Shown piece by piece: positions 18,060 to 27,718 of a stretch of 64,000 bases of DNA (positions within the stretch are counted from its first letter, which is position 1; each line of letters starts with the position of its first letter). The position numbers and the translations under genes are program-made. This stretch comes from an uncultured Thermoleophilia bacterium (lineage in GTDB: Bacteria; Actinomycetota; Thermoleophilia; UBA2241). Under the pieces are notes generated by a model, which searched no databases, was not told the origin of the DNA, and worked only from the letters and a program-made list of their open reading frames with translations. Where the stretch lies: assembly GCA_963702475.1 (NCBI GenBank), contig CAVPCT010000005.1, forward strand, positions 288,001 to 352,000, written 5' to 3'.

Positions 18060-19490
18060 GTGAACGGCGAGACGCGCATCGAGCACGACCTGCTCGGCGA
18101 GGTGGCCGTGCCGGCGCAGAGCCTGCACGGCGCCCACACCGAACGGGCGCTCGAGAACTTCCCGCTCGCCGGTGAGCCGGTGCACGGCGAGCTGGCGCGC
18201 GCCTTCGGCGCGGTCAAGCTCGCCTGCGCGCTCACCAACCGCGCCCTGGGCGCGTGGGCCGGCGACGACGCCAAGGCCGACGCCATCGAGCGCGCCTGCC
18301 GCGAGCTCGCCGACGGCCGGCTCGCGGCCGAGATCGTGGTCGACCGCCTGCAGGGCGGCGCCGGCACCAGCACCAACATGAACGTCAACGAGGTGCTGGC
18401 CAACCGCGCCCTGCACCTCCTCGGCGAGACGCCCGGCTCGTACGAGCGCGTCTCCCCCGCCGACGACATCAACCTGCACCAGAGCACGAACGACACCTAC
18501 CCGACCGCCCTGCGCCTTGCGGCCATCGAGCTGCTCCACGGGCTCGAGGAGCAGGTCGTGGCTCTCCAGGAGGCGTTCCAGGCCAAAGAGCAGGAGCTCG
18601 CCCACGTCGTCAAGGTCGGGCGCACGCAGTACCAGGACGCGGTGCTCACCACACTGGGCCGCGAGATGGGCGCCTACGCCGAGGCGCTGAACCGCGACCG
18701 CTGGCGCATCTACAAGTGCGAAGAGCGCCTCAGGGTCGTCAACCTCGGGGGCACGGCCATCGGCACCGGCTTCGCCGCCCCACGGCAGTACATCTTCCGC
18801 GTGGTCGACACGCTGCGCGAGCTCACGAGCGTCGGCTTCGCGCGCGCCGAGAACCTCATCGAGGCCACGCAGAACACCGACGTGTTCGTTGAGGTCTCCG
18901 GCATCCTCAAGGCGCACGCCATGACGCTGCTCAAGATCTGCGGCGACCTGCGATTGCTCAGCTCCGGGCCTGAGGCCGGGCTCGGTGAGATCCGCCTGCC
19001 GCGGCGGCAGGCGGGCTCGAGCATCATGCCCGGCAAGGTGAACCCGGTGATTCCCGAGGCCGTGAGCCAGGCGGCGCTCCTGGTGGCCGGCTACGACGCC
19101 ACCATCGCCGCCGCCTGCGGCCTCGGCAGCCTGGAGCTCAACGCCTTCTTGCCGCTCATCGCCGACTGCCTGCTGCAGAGCCTCTCGCTGCTGGCTCACA
19201 GCTGCGAGATCCTGCGGCGCTCCTGCGTGGAGGGCCTCGAGGCCGACGAGGAACGCTGCGCCGCGCACGTGCGCGCCTCCAGCGCGGCGGCCACCGCCCT
19301 GGTGCCGGAGATCGGCTACGAGGCGGCATCCGAGGTCGCTCGCGAGGCCGAGGAGACGGGCACGACGATCCGCGAGGTGGCTCTGGCGCGCGGCCTGCTC
19401 ACGGCCGAGACGTACGACGAGTTGCTCTCAGCCGAGGCCGTCTGCCGCCTCGGCACTCCACAGACGCGCGGCATCTCGGCGGAGACATGA
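18060..19490 (+). CDS. aspA: Aspartate ammonia-lyase
   Basis: RIEHDLLG, QGGAGTSTNMNVNEV, GRTQYQDA, GSSIMPGKVNP signature. Confidence 0.92.
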   Translation: MNGETRIEHDLLGEVAVPAQSLHGAHTERALENFPLAGEPVHGELARAFGAVKLACALTNRALGAWAGDDAKADAIERACRELADGRLAAEIVVDRLQGGAGTSTNMNVNEVLANRALHLLGETPGSYERVSPADDINLHQSTNDTYPTALRLAAIELLHGLEEQVVALQEAFQAKEQELAHVVKVGRTQYQDAVLTTLGREMGAYAEALNRDRWRIYKCEERLRVVNLGGTAIGTGFAAPRQYIFRVVDTLRELTSVGFARAENLIEATQNTDVFVEVSGILKAHAMTLLKICGDLRLLSSGPEAGLGEIRLPRRQAGSSIMPGKVNPVIPEAVSQAALLVAGYDATIAAACGLGSLELNAFLPLIADCLLQSLSLLAHSCEILRRSCVEGLEADEERCAAHVRASSAAATALVPEIGYEAASEVAREAEETGTTIREVALARGLLTAETYDELLSAEAVCRLGTPQTRGISAET

Positions 19491-19560
19491 CGGGCGCGCG
19501 GGCGACAGGCAAGGGGGCGGCCGGGCGAGACCCGTCCGCGCGGACGACGGAGGTGGCCGC

Positions 19561-20868
19561 ATGGGCCTGATGGACGCACCGAAAGGCATGCGGCTTCACG
19601 TGGGCATCTTCGGCCGCCGCAACGTCGGCAAGTCGAGCCTGCTCAACGCCATCACGCGACAGGAGGTCAGCATCGTCAGCGACTTCGCCGGCACCACGAC
19701 CGACCCTGTCGAGAAGCCCATGGAGCTGCTGCCGCTCGGCCCGGTGCTGTTCATCGACACCGCGGGCATCGACGACGTCGGCGTGCTCGGCGAGCTGCGG
19801 GCGAAGAAGACGACGCAGGTGTTCGACCGCACCGACCTGGGCGTGCTGGTCACGGAGGCCGGCAGCTGGGGCGAGTACGAGGACGGCATCCTCGACGAGT
19901 TCCTCGAGCGCAAGACCCCGGTCGTCGTGGTGTTCAACAAGAGCGACCTGGTGAGCCGGCCGGCGCCTGTGCCCCGCCTGGAGGCGCTCAAGATCAAGCC
20001 GGTGATGACGGCCGCCAGCGAGGGCCGCGGCGTGCTGGACTTCCGCCAGGCGCTGCTGGACGCGGCGCCGCCCGACTTCATCGACAACCCCACCATCCTC
20101 GGCGACCTCGTGAACACCGGCGAGCTCGCCGTGCTGGTGGTGCCCATCGACAAGGAGGCGCCGCGCGGTCGCCTCATCCTGCCGCAGGTGCAGAGCATCC
20201 GCGACCTCATGGACAGCGACGCGATGGCGCTCGTGGTGAAGGAGCGGGAGCTCCGCAACGCCATCGAGCGTCTCAACCGGCCGCCGCGGCTGGTGGTCAC
20301 CGACTCGCAGGCCTTTCTCAAGGTCGCCGCCGACACGCCGCCGGACGTGCCCATGACCAGCTTCAGCATCCTGTTCAGCCGCTTCAAGGGTGACCTGGTC
20401 AGCCAGGTCGAGGGCACGCTCGCCGTCGACGACCTCAGGAGCGGGGCCAACATCCTCATCGCCGAGGCCTGCAGTCACCATCCCATCGCCGAGGACATCG
20501 GCCGCGTCAAGATCCCCCGCTGGCTCACGCAGTACGTGGGCGGCAAGCTCAACATCGAGCACATGCAGGGTCACGACTTTCCCGAGGACCTCTCGCGCTG
20601 GGACCTCGTCGTGCACTGCGGCGGCTGCACCTTCAACCGCCGCGCGATGCTGGGGCGCATCATGCGCTGCCGGCAGCAGGGCGTGCCGATCACCAACTAC
20701 GGCCTGGTGATCGCCTTCAGCCTGGGCATCTTCGACCGCGCCCTGCAGCCGTTCCCGGCCGCGCTCGAGGCCTTGCGCGCGGCGCGGGCCAAGCGGGCCG
20801 GCCACCCGCCGGCGGAGCCGGTCACGGCCGGCCTGCCCGCGAACGCCGCCGTCGACGACCTGTGCTGA
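19561..20868 (+). CDS. hydF: [FeFe]-hydrogenase maturation GTPase HydF
   Basis: GRRNVGKSS P-loop, GTTTDPV, DTAG, NKSD; EACSHH...HCGGC FeS motif. Confidence 0.96.
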   Translation: MGLMDAPKGMRLHVGIFGRRNVGKSSLLNAITRQEVSIVSDFAGTTTDPVEKPMELLPLGPVLFIDTAGIDDVGVLGELRAKKTTQVFDRTDLGVLVTEAGSWGEYEDGILDEFLERKTPVVVVFNKSDLVSRPAPVPRLEALKIKPVMTAASEGRGVLDFRQALLDAAPPDFIDNPTILGDLVNTGELAVLVVPIDKEAPRGRLILPQVQSIRDLMDSDAMALVVKERELRNAIERLNRPPRLVVTDSQAFLKVAADTPPDVPMTSFSILFSRFKGDLVSQVEGTLAVDDLRSGANILIAEACSHHPIAEDIGRVKIPRWLTQYVGGKLNIEHMQGHDFPEDLSRWDLVVHCGGCTFNRRAMLGRIMRCRQQGVPITNYGLVIAFSLGIFDRALQPFPAALEALRAARAKRAGHPPAEPVTAGLPANAAVDDLC

Positions 20869-20917
20869 TCGCCGCCTCCGCACGCGCGGGCGGCGCCCGT
20901 CACGGGACGGGCGGCCG

Positions 20918-22018
20918 ATGAGCGCCGCCTCTCCCCCGCCCCTGGGCGTCGCCGACACGCTGACGCGCGAAGCCATCGAGCACTGGCTGCGCGAGGAGGA
21001 TGAGACGCAGCTCGAGATCCTGTGGGCCGCGGCGGACGAGACGCGGCGCCGCTACGTCGGCGACGCGGTCCACCTCCGCGGCCTCATCGAGCTCAGCAAC
21101 TACTGCGTGCGCGGCTGCACCTACTGCGGCATCCGCGCCGCCAACCGCGGCGTCGAGCGCTACCGCGTCTCCGAGGCCGTCGCGCTCGCCTGCGCTCGCC
21201 GCGCCGTCGACTTCGGCTACGGCACCCTCGTCATGCAGGCCGGCGAGGACTACGGCATCGAGACGGAGTGGCTGAGCCGCGTGCTCCGCCGCATCCGCGG
21301 CGAGACCTCCATCGCCGCCATCACGCTCAGCCTCGGCGAGCGTCCGGATGAGGACCTCGCCGCCTGGCGAGAGGCCGGCGCCGATCGCTACCTCCTGCGC
21401 TTCGAGACCTCCGACGCCGAGCTGTACCACCGCATCCACCCCGACCTGCCGGGACGCATCAGCGACCGCCTCGCCATCCTGCGCCGCCTGCACGAGCTCG
21501 GCTACGAGGCGGGGACGGGCATCATGGTCGGTATCCCCGGGCAGACGTGCCGCAGCATCGCCGACGACATCGAGTTGTTCCGCGGCTTCGACATGGACAT
21601 GATCGGCCTGGGGCCCTACCTGCCCCACCCGGCCACCCCCCTGGGGCAGGAGTTCGAACGGCGGCAGGCCGCAGGCGACTGGCCGCCGGACCAGGCGCCC
21701 AACAGCGAGCTCATGACCTGCAAGGTGCTCGCCCTCACGCGCCTCGCGCGACCCGACGCCAACCTGCCGGCCACCACGGCCCTGTCGCTCGCCGACAAGG
21801 CGGCGGGCCGCGCCCACGGCCTGCAACGCGGCGCCAACGTGGTGATGCCGAACCTCACGCCGGTCGAGGAGCGCCAGAAGTACGAGATCTACCCGGAGAA
21901 GGCGGCCGTGCACGAGACGGCCGAGGCGATCAACGCGAGCCTGATGGCGTTGCTGGACCAGCTCGGCAGGACGGTGGGCGCGGGCGCCGGCGGGCGTGGC
22001 GCCGTGCCCGGCGCCTGA
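20918..22018 (+). CDS. hydE: [FeFe]-hydrogenase radical SAM maturase HydE
   Basis: RGLIELSNYCVRGCTYCG, RYLLRFET, GANVVMPN, YEIYP. Confidence 0.94.
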   Translation: MSAASPPPLGVADTLTREAIEHWLREEDETQLEILWAAADETRRRYVGDAVHLRGLIELSNYCVRGCTYCGIRAANRGVERYRVSEAVALACARRAVDFGYGTLVMQAGEDYGIETEWLSRVLRRIRGETSIAAITLSLGERPDEDLAAWREAGADRYLLRFETSDAELYHRIHPDLPGRISDRLAILRRLHELGYEAGTGIMVGIPGQTCRSIADDIELFRGFDMDMIGLGPYLPHPATPLGQEFERRQAAGDWPPDQAPNSELMTCKVLALTRLARPDANLPATTALSLADKAAGRAHGLQRGANVVMPNLTPVEERQKYEIYPEKAAVHETAEAINASLMALLDQLGRTVGAGAGGRGAVPGA

Positions 22019-22032
22019 GCGGCGACGTGTGC

Positions 22033-22057
22033 GCGTGTGTCCGCACCGGACACGCGC
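22033..22057 (+). terminator. Hairpin after hydE
   Basis: GCGTGTGTCCG-cac-CGGACACGCGC stem with one G-U pair. Confidence 0.45.
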
Positions 22058-22118
22058 CACGAGGGTCCGGTGACCGGTAGCGTGCCCGGCCCGCTTCGGG
22101 TAGAATCCGTCTCCGCGT

Positions 22119-22195
<77 letters not shown>

Positions 22196-22290
22196 GTCTT
22201 CTTCTCCCTCGTCGCCCGGCGGCATGGCGGCGCGCCGCGATGTGACGACCGCCACCGGTCATCGGCGGCGCCACGGCACGACGACCTGCC

Positions 22291-22566
22291 TCACTCGGTG
22301 AGGCTCTCCTCGTCGTCCAGGAGCCTCGCGAACGCGTCCGGGTTGTAGCCCACGATGAACTCGTCGCCGATCTTGACGAAGGGGAAGGCGGCGGCGCCCC
22401 TGCCGAGCATCTCGTCGCGGATGCGCTCCTGCTCGTGCGCGTCGGCGAGGTCGTAGTCCACGTACAGGTACTTCACGCCGCGCTCGTCGAGGAATGCCCG
22501 GGCCGATCGCGACCACGGACACGTGCTCAGGGAGTATAGCTCCACCGTCTTGATCTGCTCGGTCAT
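22291..22566 (-). CDS. Glutaredoxin/NrdH-like protein (CPWS)
   Basis: VELYSLSTCPWS...FPFVKIGDEFIVGYN. Confidence 0.85.
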   Translation of the reverse strand: MTEQIKTVELYSLSTCPWSRSARAFLDERGVKYLYVDYDLADAHEQERIRDEMLGRGAAAFPFVKIGDEFIVGYNPDAFARLLDDEESLTE

Positions 22567-22588
22567 CTCGCCCTCCGTGGCGCAGGGA

Positions 22589-22846
22589 TCAAGCGGCCTT
22601 GAGGAGCCGCTCGAACGTCCCAGGGTCGTAGCCCTTGACCACGTGCCTGCCGATCTTCACGAAGGGGAACCCGTCGGCGCCGTGGCGGCGCATCTCCGCG
22701 GAGATCTTGCCCTGCAGGTCGGGGCCTGCCATATCGTACTCGATGACGAAGGCGTCCACGCCACGCTGCTTGAAGAACGCCTTGGTCTTCTTGCTCCACC
22801 CACAGGTGGTGAGCGAGTAGATGGTGACGGGGGGGTGCTTGGCCAT
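22589..22846 (-). CDS. Glutaredoxin/NrdH-like protein (CGWS)
   Basis: VTIYSLTTCGWS...FPFVKIGRHVVKGYD; RBS GGAGGAG; clear paralogue of its neighbour. Confidence 0.85.
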   Translation of the reverse strand: MAKHPPVTIYSLTTCGWSKKTKAFFKQRGVDAFVIEYDMAGPDLQGKISAEMRRHGADGFPFVKIGRHVVKGYDPGTFERLLKAA

Positions 22847-23056
22847 GCTGCTCCTCCGCGCGCCGCTGCCGGTTCCAGTGTGCATATACCCCGCCGTACA
22901 CTGTGCGCACTGCGACCTCGTCGCCGGAACCCGAAGGCGGGGGTCCGGCGAGGTCCAGACGGGGCGGAAGCGGGCGAGGCGACCGGCGGAGCGGCCGGGC
23001 ACGGTACCGGGCGACCGGCGGGAGTGGGACCCTGGGCACGACAGAAGGGTGGACTG

Positions 23057-24622
23057 GTGACGGAGCGGAGCGGACGCGTGGTGTTGCTGTGGCTGCGCCG
23101 CGATCTGCGGCTGACGGACAACGCCGCGCTGGGGGAGGCGGCCCGGGCCGCAGGCGCTGAGGGCCGCCTGCTTCCCGTCTTCGTCTGGGAGCCGCGGGAG
23201 CGGCGGCGCTGGGCGCCGGGCGCGGCGGCGCGCTGGTGGCTGGCGCGATCCCTGGCGGCGCTGGACGAAGACCTGCGACGTCGCGGTTCGCGGCTTGCGA
23301 CGTACACCGGCGATCCAACAGTGCTCGTCCCGGCGCTGGCCGCCACCACCGGTGCCGCCACTGTCGTCTGGGCCGCCGGCCTCGAGCCCGACGAGCACGC
23401 GGATGACATGGCGGTCGAACGCGCGCTGCGGAGCGCCGCCGTCGAACCCGTGCTCCTGCCTTCCGGCAACCTGCTCCTCGATCCGGCCGGCCCGCTGACC
23501 CGCGACGGTCGCCCGTACACGGTCTTCACGCCGTACTGGCGAGCGTGCCTGGGACGGCTGGAGGGGCCCGGGAGCCGCACGCCGCCACGGCCGGCGGCCG
23601 GCCCTCACGGCACAGCCGGCGCCTCCCTGCCGCCCGCGCCCGAACCGCCGACGGGGCCCTCGCCGGTCGGCGTACGCGCGCTTCTCGCCGAGACCGGCCA
23701 CGCTTGGGCCTCCCGCTTCGGCGAGGGGTGGCGACCCGGCGAGCCCGGGGCCCACGCCGCCCTTGCCGCCTTTCTCGACGACCGCCTCGCCGGGTACGCG
23801 ACCGACCGTGACCTCGTCGCCGAGACCGGCACGTCGCGCCTCTCGCCGCACCTGCACTGGGGCGAGCTCAGCGCGCGGCAGGTGTGGGACGGCGTGGCCG
23901 GCCGCCTTGCGGAGGCCGGCCTTGCGGTGGAGGCGGCCGTGGCCCCGGCAGGGCGCGACGAAGCGCACGCACCCGGCCTCAGCCGCTCGGCGGGAGCGTT
24001 CCTGCGGCAGCTCGGCTGGCGCGAGTTCGGCCATCATCTGCTTCATCACTTCCCCGAGACCCCCGAGCGTCCGCTGCACGAGAAGTTCGAGCTGTTCCCG
24101 TGGCGGGAGGATGCAGCCGCGCTCGACGCCTGGCGGCGCGGCCTGACCGGCTACCCGCTGGTCGACGCCGGCATGCGCGAGCTGTGGGCCACCGGCTGGA
24201 TGCACAACAGGGCCCGTCTCGTGACGGCGTCGTTCCTGGTCAAACACCTGCTGCTGCCCTGGCGCACGGGCGAGGAGTGGTTCTGGGACACTCTCGTGGA
24301 CGCCGACGTGGCCGGCAACGCCCTCGGCTGGCAGTGGGTGGCCGGGTCCGGGGCGGACGCGGCCCCGTACTTCCGCGTCTTCAACCCCGTGACCCAGGCC
24401 CGCCGGTACGACCCGGATGGGGCCTACCTGCGACGCTGGGTGCCGGAGCTGGCTGGGCTCGAGACCACCGCCATCCACGGGCCGTGGCTCGCCGGACCGC
24501 TCTCCCTGGCGGCCGGAGGCGTCGAACTCGGCACGACGTACCCAGGCCCACTCGTGGAGCACGGCAAGGCCCGCGCCCGCGCGCTCGCCGCGTACGACGT
24601 GATGCGTCACACCTCGTGTTGA
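23057..24622 (+). CDS. phrB: Deoxyribodipyrimidine photolyase (class I CPD photolyase)
   Basis: WLRRDLRLTDN, TSRLSPHLHWG, WREF, GLTGYPLVDAGMREL, GWMHNRAR, WQWVAG. Confidence 0.93.
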   Translation: MTERSGRVVLLWLRRDLRLTDNAALGEAARAAGAEGRLLPVFVWEPRERRRWAPGAAARWWLARSLAALDEDLRRRGSRLATYTGDPTVLVPALAATTGAATVVWAAGLEPDEHADDMAVERALRSAAVEPVLLPSGNLLLDPAGPLTRDGRPYTVFTPYWRACLGRLEGPGSRTPPRPAAGPHGTAGASLPPAPEPPTGPSPVGVRALLAETGHAWASRFGEGWRPGEPGAHAALAAFLDDRLAGYATDRDLVAETGTSRLSPHLHWGELSARQVWDGVAGRLAEAGLAVEAAVAPAGRDEAHAPGLSRSAGAFLRQLGWREFGHHLLHHFPETPERPLHEKFELFPWREDAAALDAWRRGLTGYPLVDAGMRELWATGWMHNRARLVTASFLVKHLLLPWRTGEEWFWDTLVDADVAGNALGWQWVAGSGADAAPYFRVFNPVTQARRYDPDGAYLRRWVPELAGLETTAIHGPWLAGPLSLAAGGVELGTTYPGPLVEHGKARARALAAYDVMRHTSC

Positions 24623-24727
24623 CGGTGCGGTCGTCCACGGCCGGGCGGCGATCAGGATAGGGGCAGCCGAGCCTGCAGGGACGACGCCGGTCGAAAGGGA
24701 GCGTCCCTGCCGCGCCCCCCAAGTCGC

Positions 24728-26543
24728 TCAGAACGACCGCGTCGGGCAGACCGCCGCCTCAGAGCCCTTCGTCTCGGTGTCGTGGGTTCCATCGTTGATG
24801 CACACGATGACTGCGGTCGACGACCGGTCCTCCGTGGACGACCAGTAGAAGACGCCCGCCGGGAAGACGTCGAACATCGCGCTGTATTCGGCGACCTTTT
24901 CGAGTTCCACCCGGCTCGGCAGGTACCAGTCGTCGTAGCCTCCGGCCGAGTAGGCCTCGCACTCCACGGCGGCTCCTCCCGAGCATCCCGGCTGGCCGAC
25001 GATAGCGGCGGTGTTGGCAGCGCCGGTCCCCAGACCCGAGCCGGTCGTGCCGACGGCCCGGGACGTGACAGTACTCCACGAGGCGTCAGGAAGGTCGACC
25101 TCGGCGACGATCAACCCGTGCGTCTCCCCTGCCACGTAGCCGCGATCGCCCGGCCGCAGGACGTAGGCGACGAACCCCCCCTGGTAGGAATCACCGATCT
25201 TCACAGGGCCGCCGCCGCTCAGCGAGACCGTGACGACGTAGTCCGCGGTCGAGGCGTCGGCGGCGGTGACGCGGTACGTCACCGGGTTCGTGAAGTCGTT
25301 CGTGGTGACGCCGCTCGTCTGGGGCACGCCGCCGACGCTCACCGACGCACCCGTCGTGGCGAACGTCGCCACGAGGTGCGCGCGGTCGGTCCCCGAAGGC
25401 ACGGTGACGGCGATGGTGTGCGCCGTCTCGTCGATCGTGCCGACGGCGGCCGGGCTGAGGCCCTGGAAGCTGAAGGCGGTGATGGCCTTGGCGGTGGAGG
25501 GGCCGCCCGCTCAGCGAGACCGTGACGACGTAGTCCGCGGTCGAGGCGTCGGCGGCGGTGACGCGGTACGTCACCGGGTTCGTGAAGTCGTTCGTGGTGA
25601 CGCCGCTCGTCTGGGGCACGCCGCCGACGCTCACCGACGCACCCGTCGTGGCGAACGTCGCCACGAGGTGCGCGCGGTCGGTCCCCGAAGGCACGGTGAC
25701 GGCGATGGTGTGCGCCGTCTCGTCGATCGTGCCGACGGCGGCCGGGCTGAGGCCCTGGAAGCTGAAGGCGGTGATGGCCTTGGCGGTGGAGGGGCCGCCG
25801 CTCAGCGAGACCGTGACGACGTAGTCCGCGGTCGAGGCGTCGGCGGCGGTGACGCGGTACGTCACCGGGTTCGTGAAGTCGTTCGTGGTGACGCCGCTCG
25901 TCTGGGGCACGCCGCCGACGCTCACCGACGCACCCGTCGTGGCGAACGTCGCCACGAGGTGCGCGCGGTCGGTCCCCGAAGGCACGGTGACGGCGATGGT
26001 GTGCGCCGTCTCGTCGATCGTGCCGACGGCGGCCGGGCTGAGGCCCTGGAAGCTGAAGGCGGTGATGGCCTTGGCGGTGGAGGGGAGGACGATACGGAAC
26101 CTCTGCGAGAGGCTGTAACGCCCCGGCCTGCCGTGGCGCAGGCCGCGTACTCGCCACGTGAGGTCCACGCCTGCCGGCAGCGGCACGCGGCTGGTCCAGG
26201 TGAGCTTGTGGATGCCCCTCTTCGTGAGGATGCGGTGGGACCCTTGGTGGATGACGAGCTCGTACCCCGTCGCATCCCGCGCGCGCGTCCACGAGAACTC
26301 GGGCATGGCGGAAGTCACGATGCCCGTCGGGTTCAGCGCCGCCGGCCGTCCGGGTCTGACACCCTTGCCGTCAGGCTCGGCGGCGGCACGCGGGTGAGCG
26401 GCGACCGGCGTGGCGCTTGTAACGGGCACCGCCCACAAGAACAGGAACAGGACGGCGGCCGTGGCCGTCAGGGCGCGACGGGTGGCCGACGTCCGCGTCG
26501 TGGCCGTGTGCGTCACCGCGGCGGCTGCAAGCCGTGCGTCCAT
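24728..26543 (-). CDS. Secreted protein: signal peptide, Ig/Fn3-like domain, three 97-aa beta-sandwich repeats, C-terminal DUF1566-like domain; +1 frameshift near 25507
   Basis: ATG 26543 with GGAGGTG RBS; hydrophobic N-terminus; repeats AKAITAFSF...YVVTVS; C-terminal DWYLPSRVEL...YWSST; one extra C at a repeat junction. Confidence 0.75.
25212..26085. repeat. Three near-identical 291-bp tandem coding repeats
   Basis: CTCAGCGAGACCGTG recurs at 25218, 25510 and 25801 (periods 292 and 291); units look identical by eye. Confidence 0.95.
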
Positions 26544-26669
26544 GACACCTCCCTCTTTGTCGACCGAGTGGAGTGGCACCCCACTCCCCGGCACTGCGCC
26601 GACATGCCATCCGAACTGTTCGACGTTCCCAACGGCCGACCTTGCGCCACACACGCAGACATGGTGACG

Positions 26670-27193
26670 ATCGGCCGCCCAAGCCCTTGTGTGTCCGGCC
26701 CCGGACCAGCGCGGTAGAGTCCTCTCCGTGCCCCAACGGCTACTCGTGCGACAGGCACGCGTGCACAAGGAAGGGGTGCCACGGCCACGTCCGAGAGACC
26801 CGTGGTCGTGGGGATCGACGTCGCCGAATAGGCACGCCCGCCAAGAGCGATGGCCTCGATGCCGGCGTGCGCACGGAGAGCGCCGCCGCGCTCGGGGCGC
26901 TCGTCGGGGTGGCGCCTTTCGCGCGAGAGTCGGGCGTCTGGCGGGCCCGCCGGCGCATCGCCGGCGGGCCGGCGCCGCTGCGCCGCACGCTCCACGTGGT
27001 GACGCTCACGGTGCCGCGCCTCAACCCGGTCATCCACGCCTTCTATGAGCGCCTGCTCGCGGCCGGCAAGCTCGAAAAGGTCGCCCTCGTGGCCTGCATG
27101 CGCAAGCCACTCACGGTTTTTCGACGCGATGGTCCGTGACGGCCGCCGTCTCACTCCGCAGCTTGTCCACGCCTGCCGTCCAGGACGGTTGCT
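26670..27193 (+). mobile_element. Internally deleted IS110-family element (transposase pseudogene)
   Basis: RBS, then VVVGIDVAE* (N-terminal RuvC-like motif) at about 26802-26831; C-terminal LVGVAPFARESG...RIAGG...FYERLLAAGK..KVALVACMRK; IS110-like right end CAGGACGGTTGCT; left boundary approximate. Confidence 0.75.
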
Positions 27194-27675
27194 CAGTCCA
27201 GCGCCAGGATCTCCGGCGCGAGCGGCTCGCTCATCCAGACCCTCGCACAGGTACGCGGCCGGCCGAAGCGCGCGTGGCCGGCCGAGCCCGGGTTCAGGAA
27301 GAGGGTCCGCCCCCGCCACTCGACCTTGGCGATGTGGGTGTGGCCGGTGACGACCAGATCGAAGCCCTCCGTGACCGGGTCGTGCCTGCCCATGAGGCTC
27401 TTGCCGATGTGGCACACGATGAGGCGGCGGCCGGCGACGGCGACCTGCGCCTCCCACGGGAGATCGATCTCGGTTGCGCCCGGAAGGTCGGTGTTGCCGG
27501 CGACCACCGTGAGGGGCGCGAGGGCACGCAGGCGCGAGAGGACGCCCGAGCCGACGTCGCCGGCGTGGACGATGTGCACGGCGCCGGCGAAGACCCCGTC
27601 GAGCTGCGGGTCGTAGTAGCCGTGCGTGTCGCTCACGACACCGATGAACGGCTGCTGTCCGGGGGGAGAGTCCAC
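27193..27675 (-). CDS. YfcE-family metallophosphoesterase
   Basis: VVSDTHG, HAGD, GNTD, GHTH, NPGS motifs; start uncertain. Confidence 0.85.
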   Translation of the reverse strand: MDSPPGQQPFIGVVSDTHGYYDPQLDGVFAGAVHIVHAGDVGSGVLSRLRALAPLTVVAGNTDLPGATEIDLPWEAQVAVAGRRLIVCHIGKSLMGRHDPVTEGFDLVVTGHTHIAKVEWRGRTLFLNPGSAGHARFGRPRTCARVWMSEPLAPEILALD

Positions 27676-27718
27676 GCCGGTAGGATACAGGAGGCACGGG
27701 CGGCTCGAGGAGGACGCG

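Noticed and set aside
22291-22846. Selenocysteine in the glutaredoxin-like or hydrogenase genes
   Set aside because: No in-frame TGA at Cys positions was found.
25212-26085. CRISPR array
   Set aside because: Repeats are 291-bp in-frame coding units with no spacers, and there are no cas genes.
26829-26831. TAG in the IS110 fragment as a Pyl codon
   Set aside because: The element is otherwise degraded (lost start, large deletion, frameshift), so this is an ordinary nonsense change.
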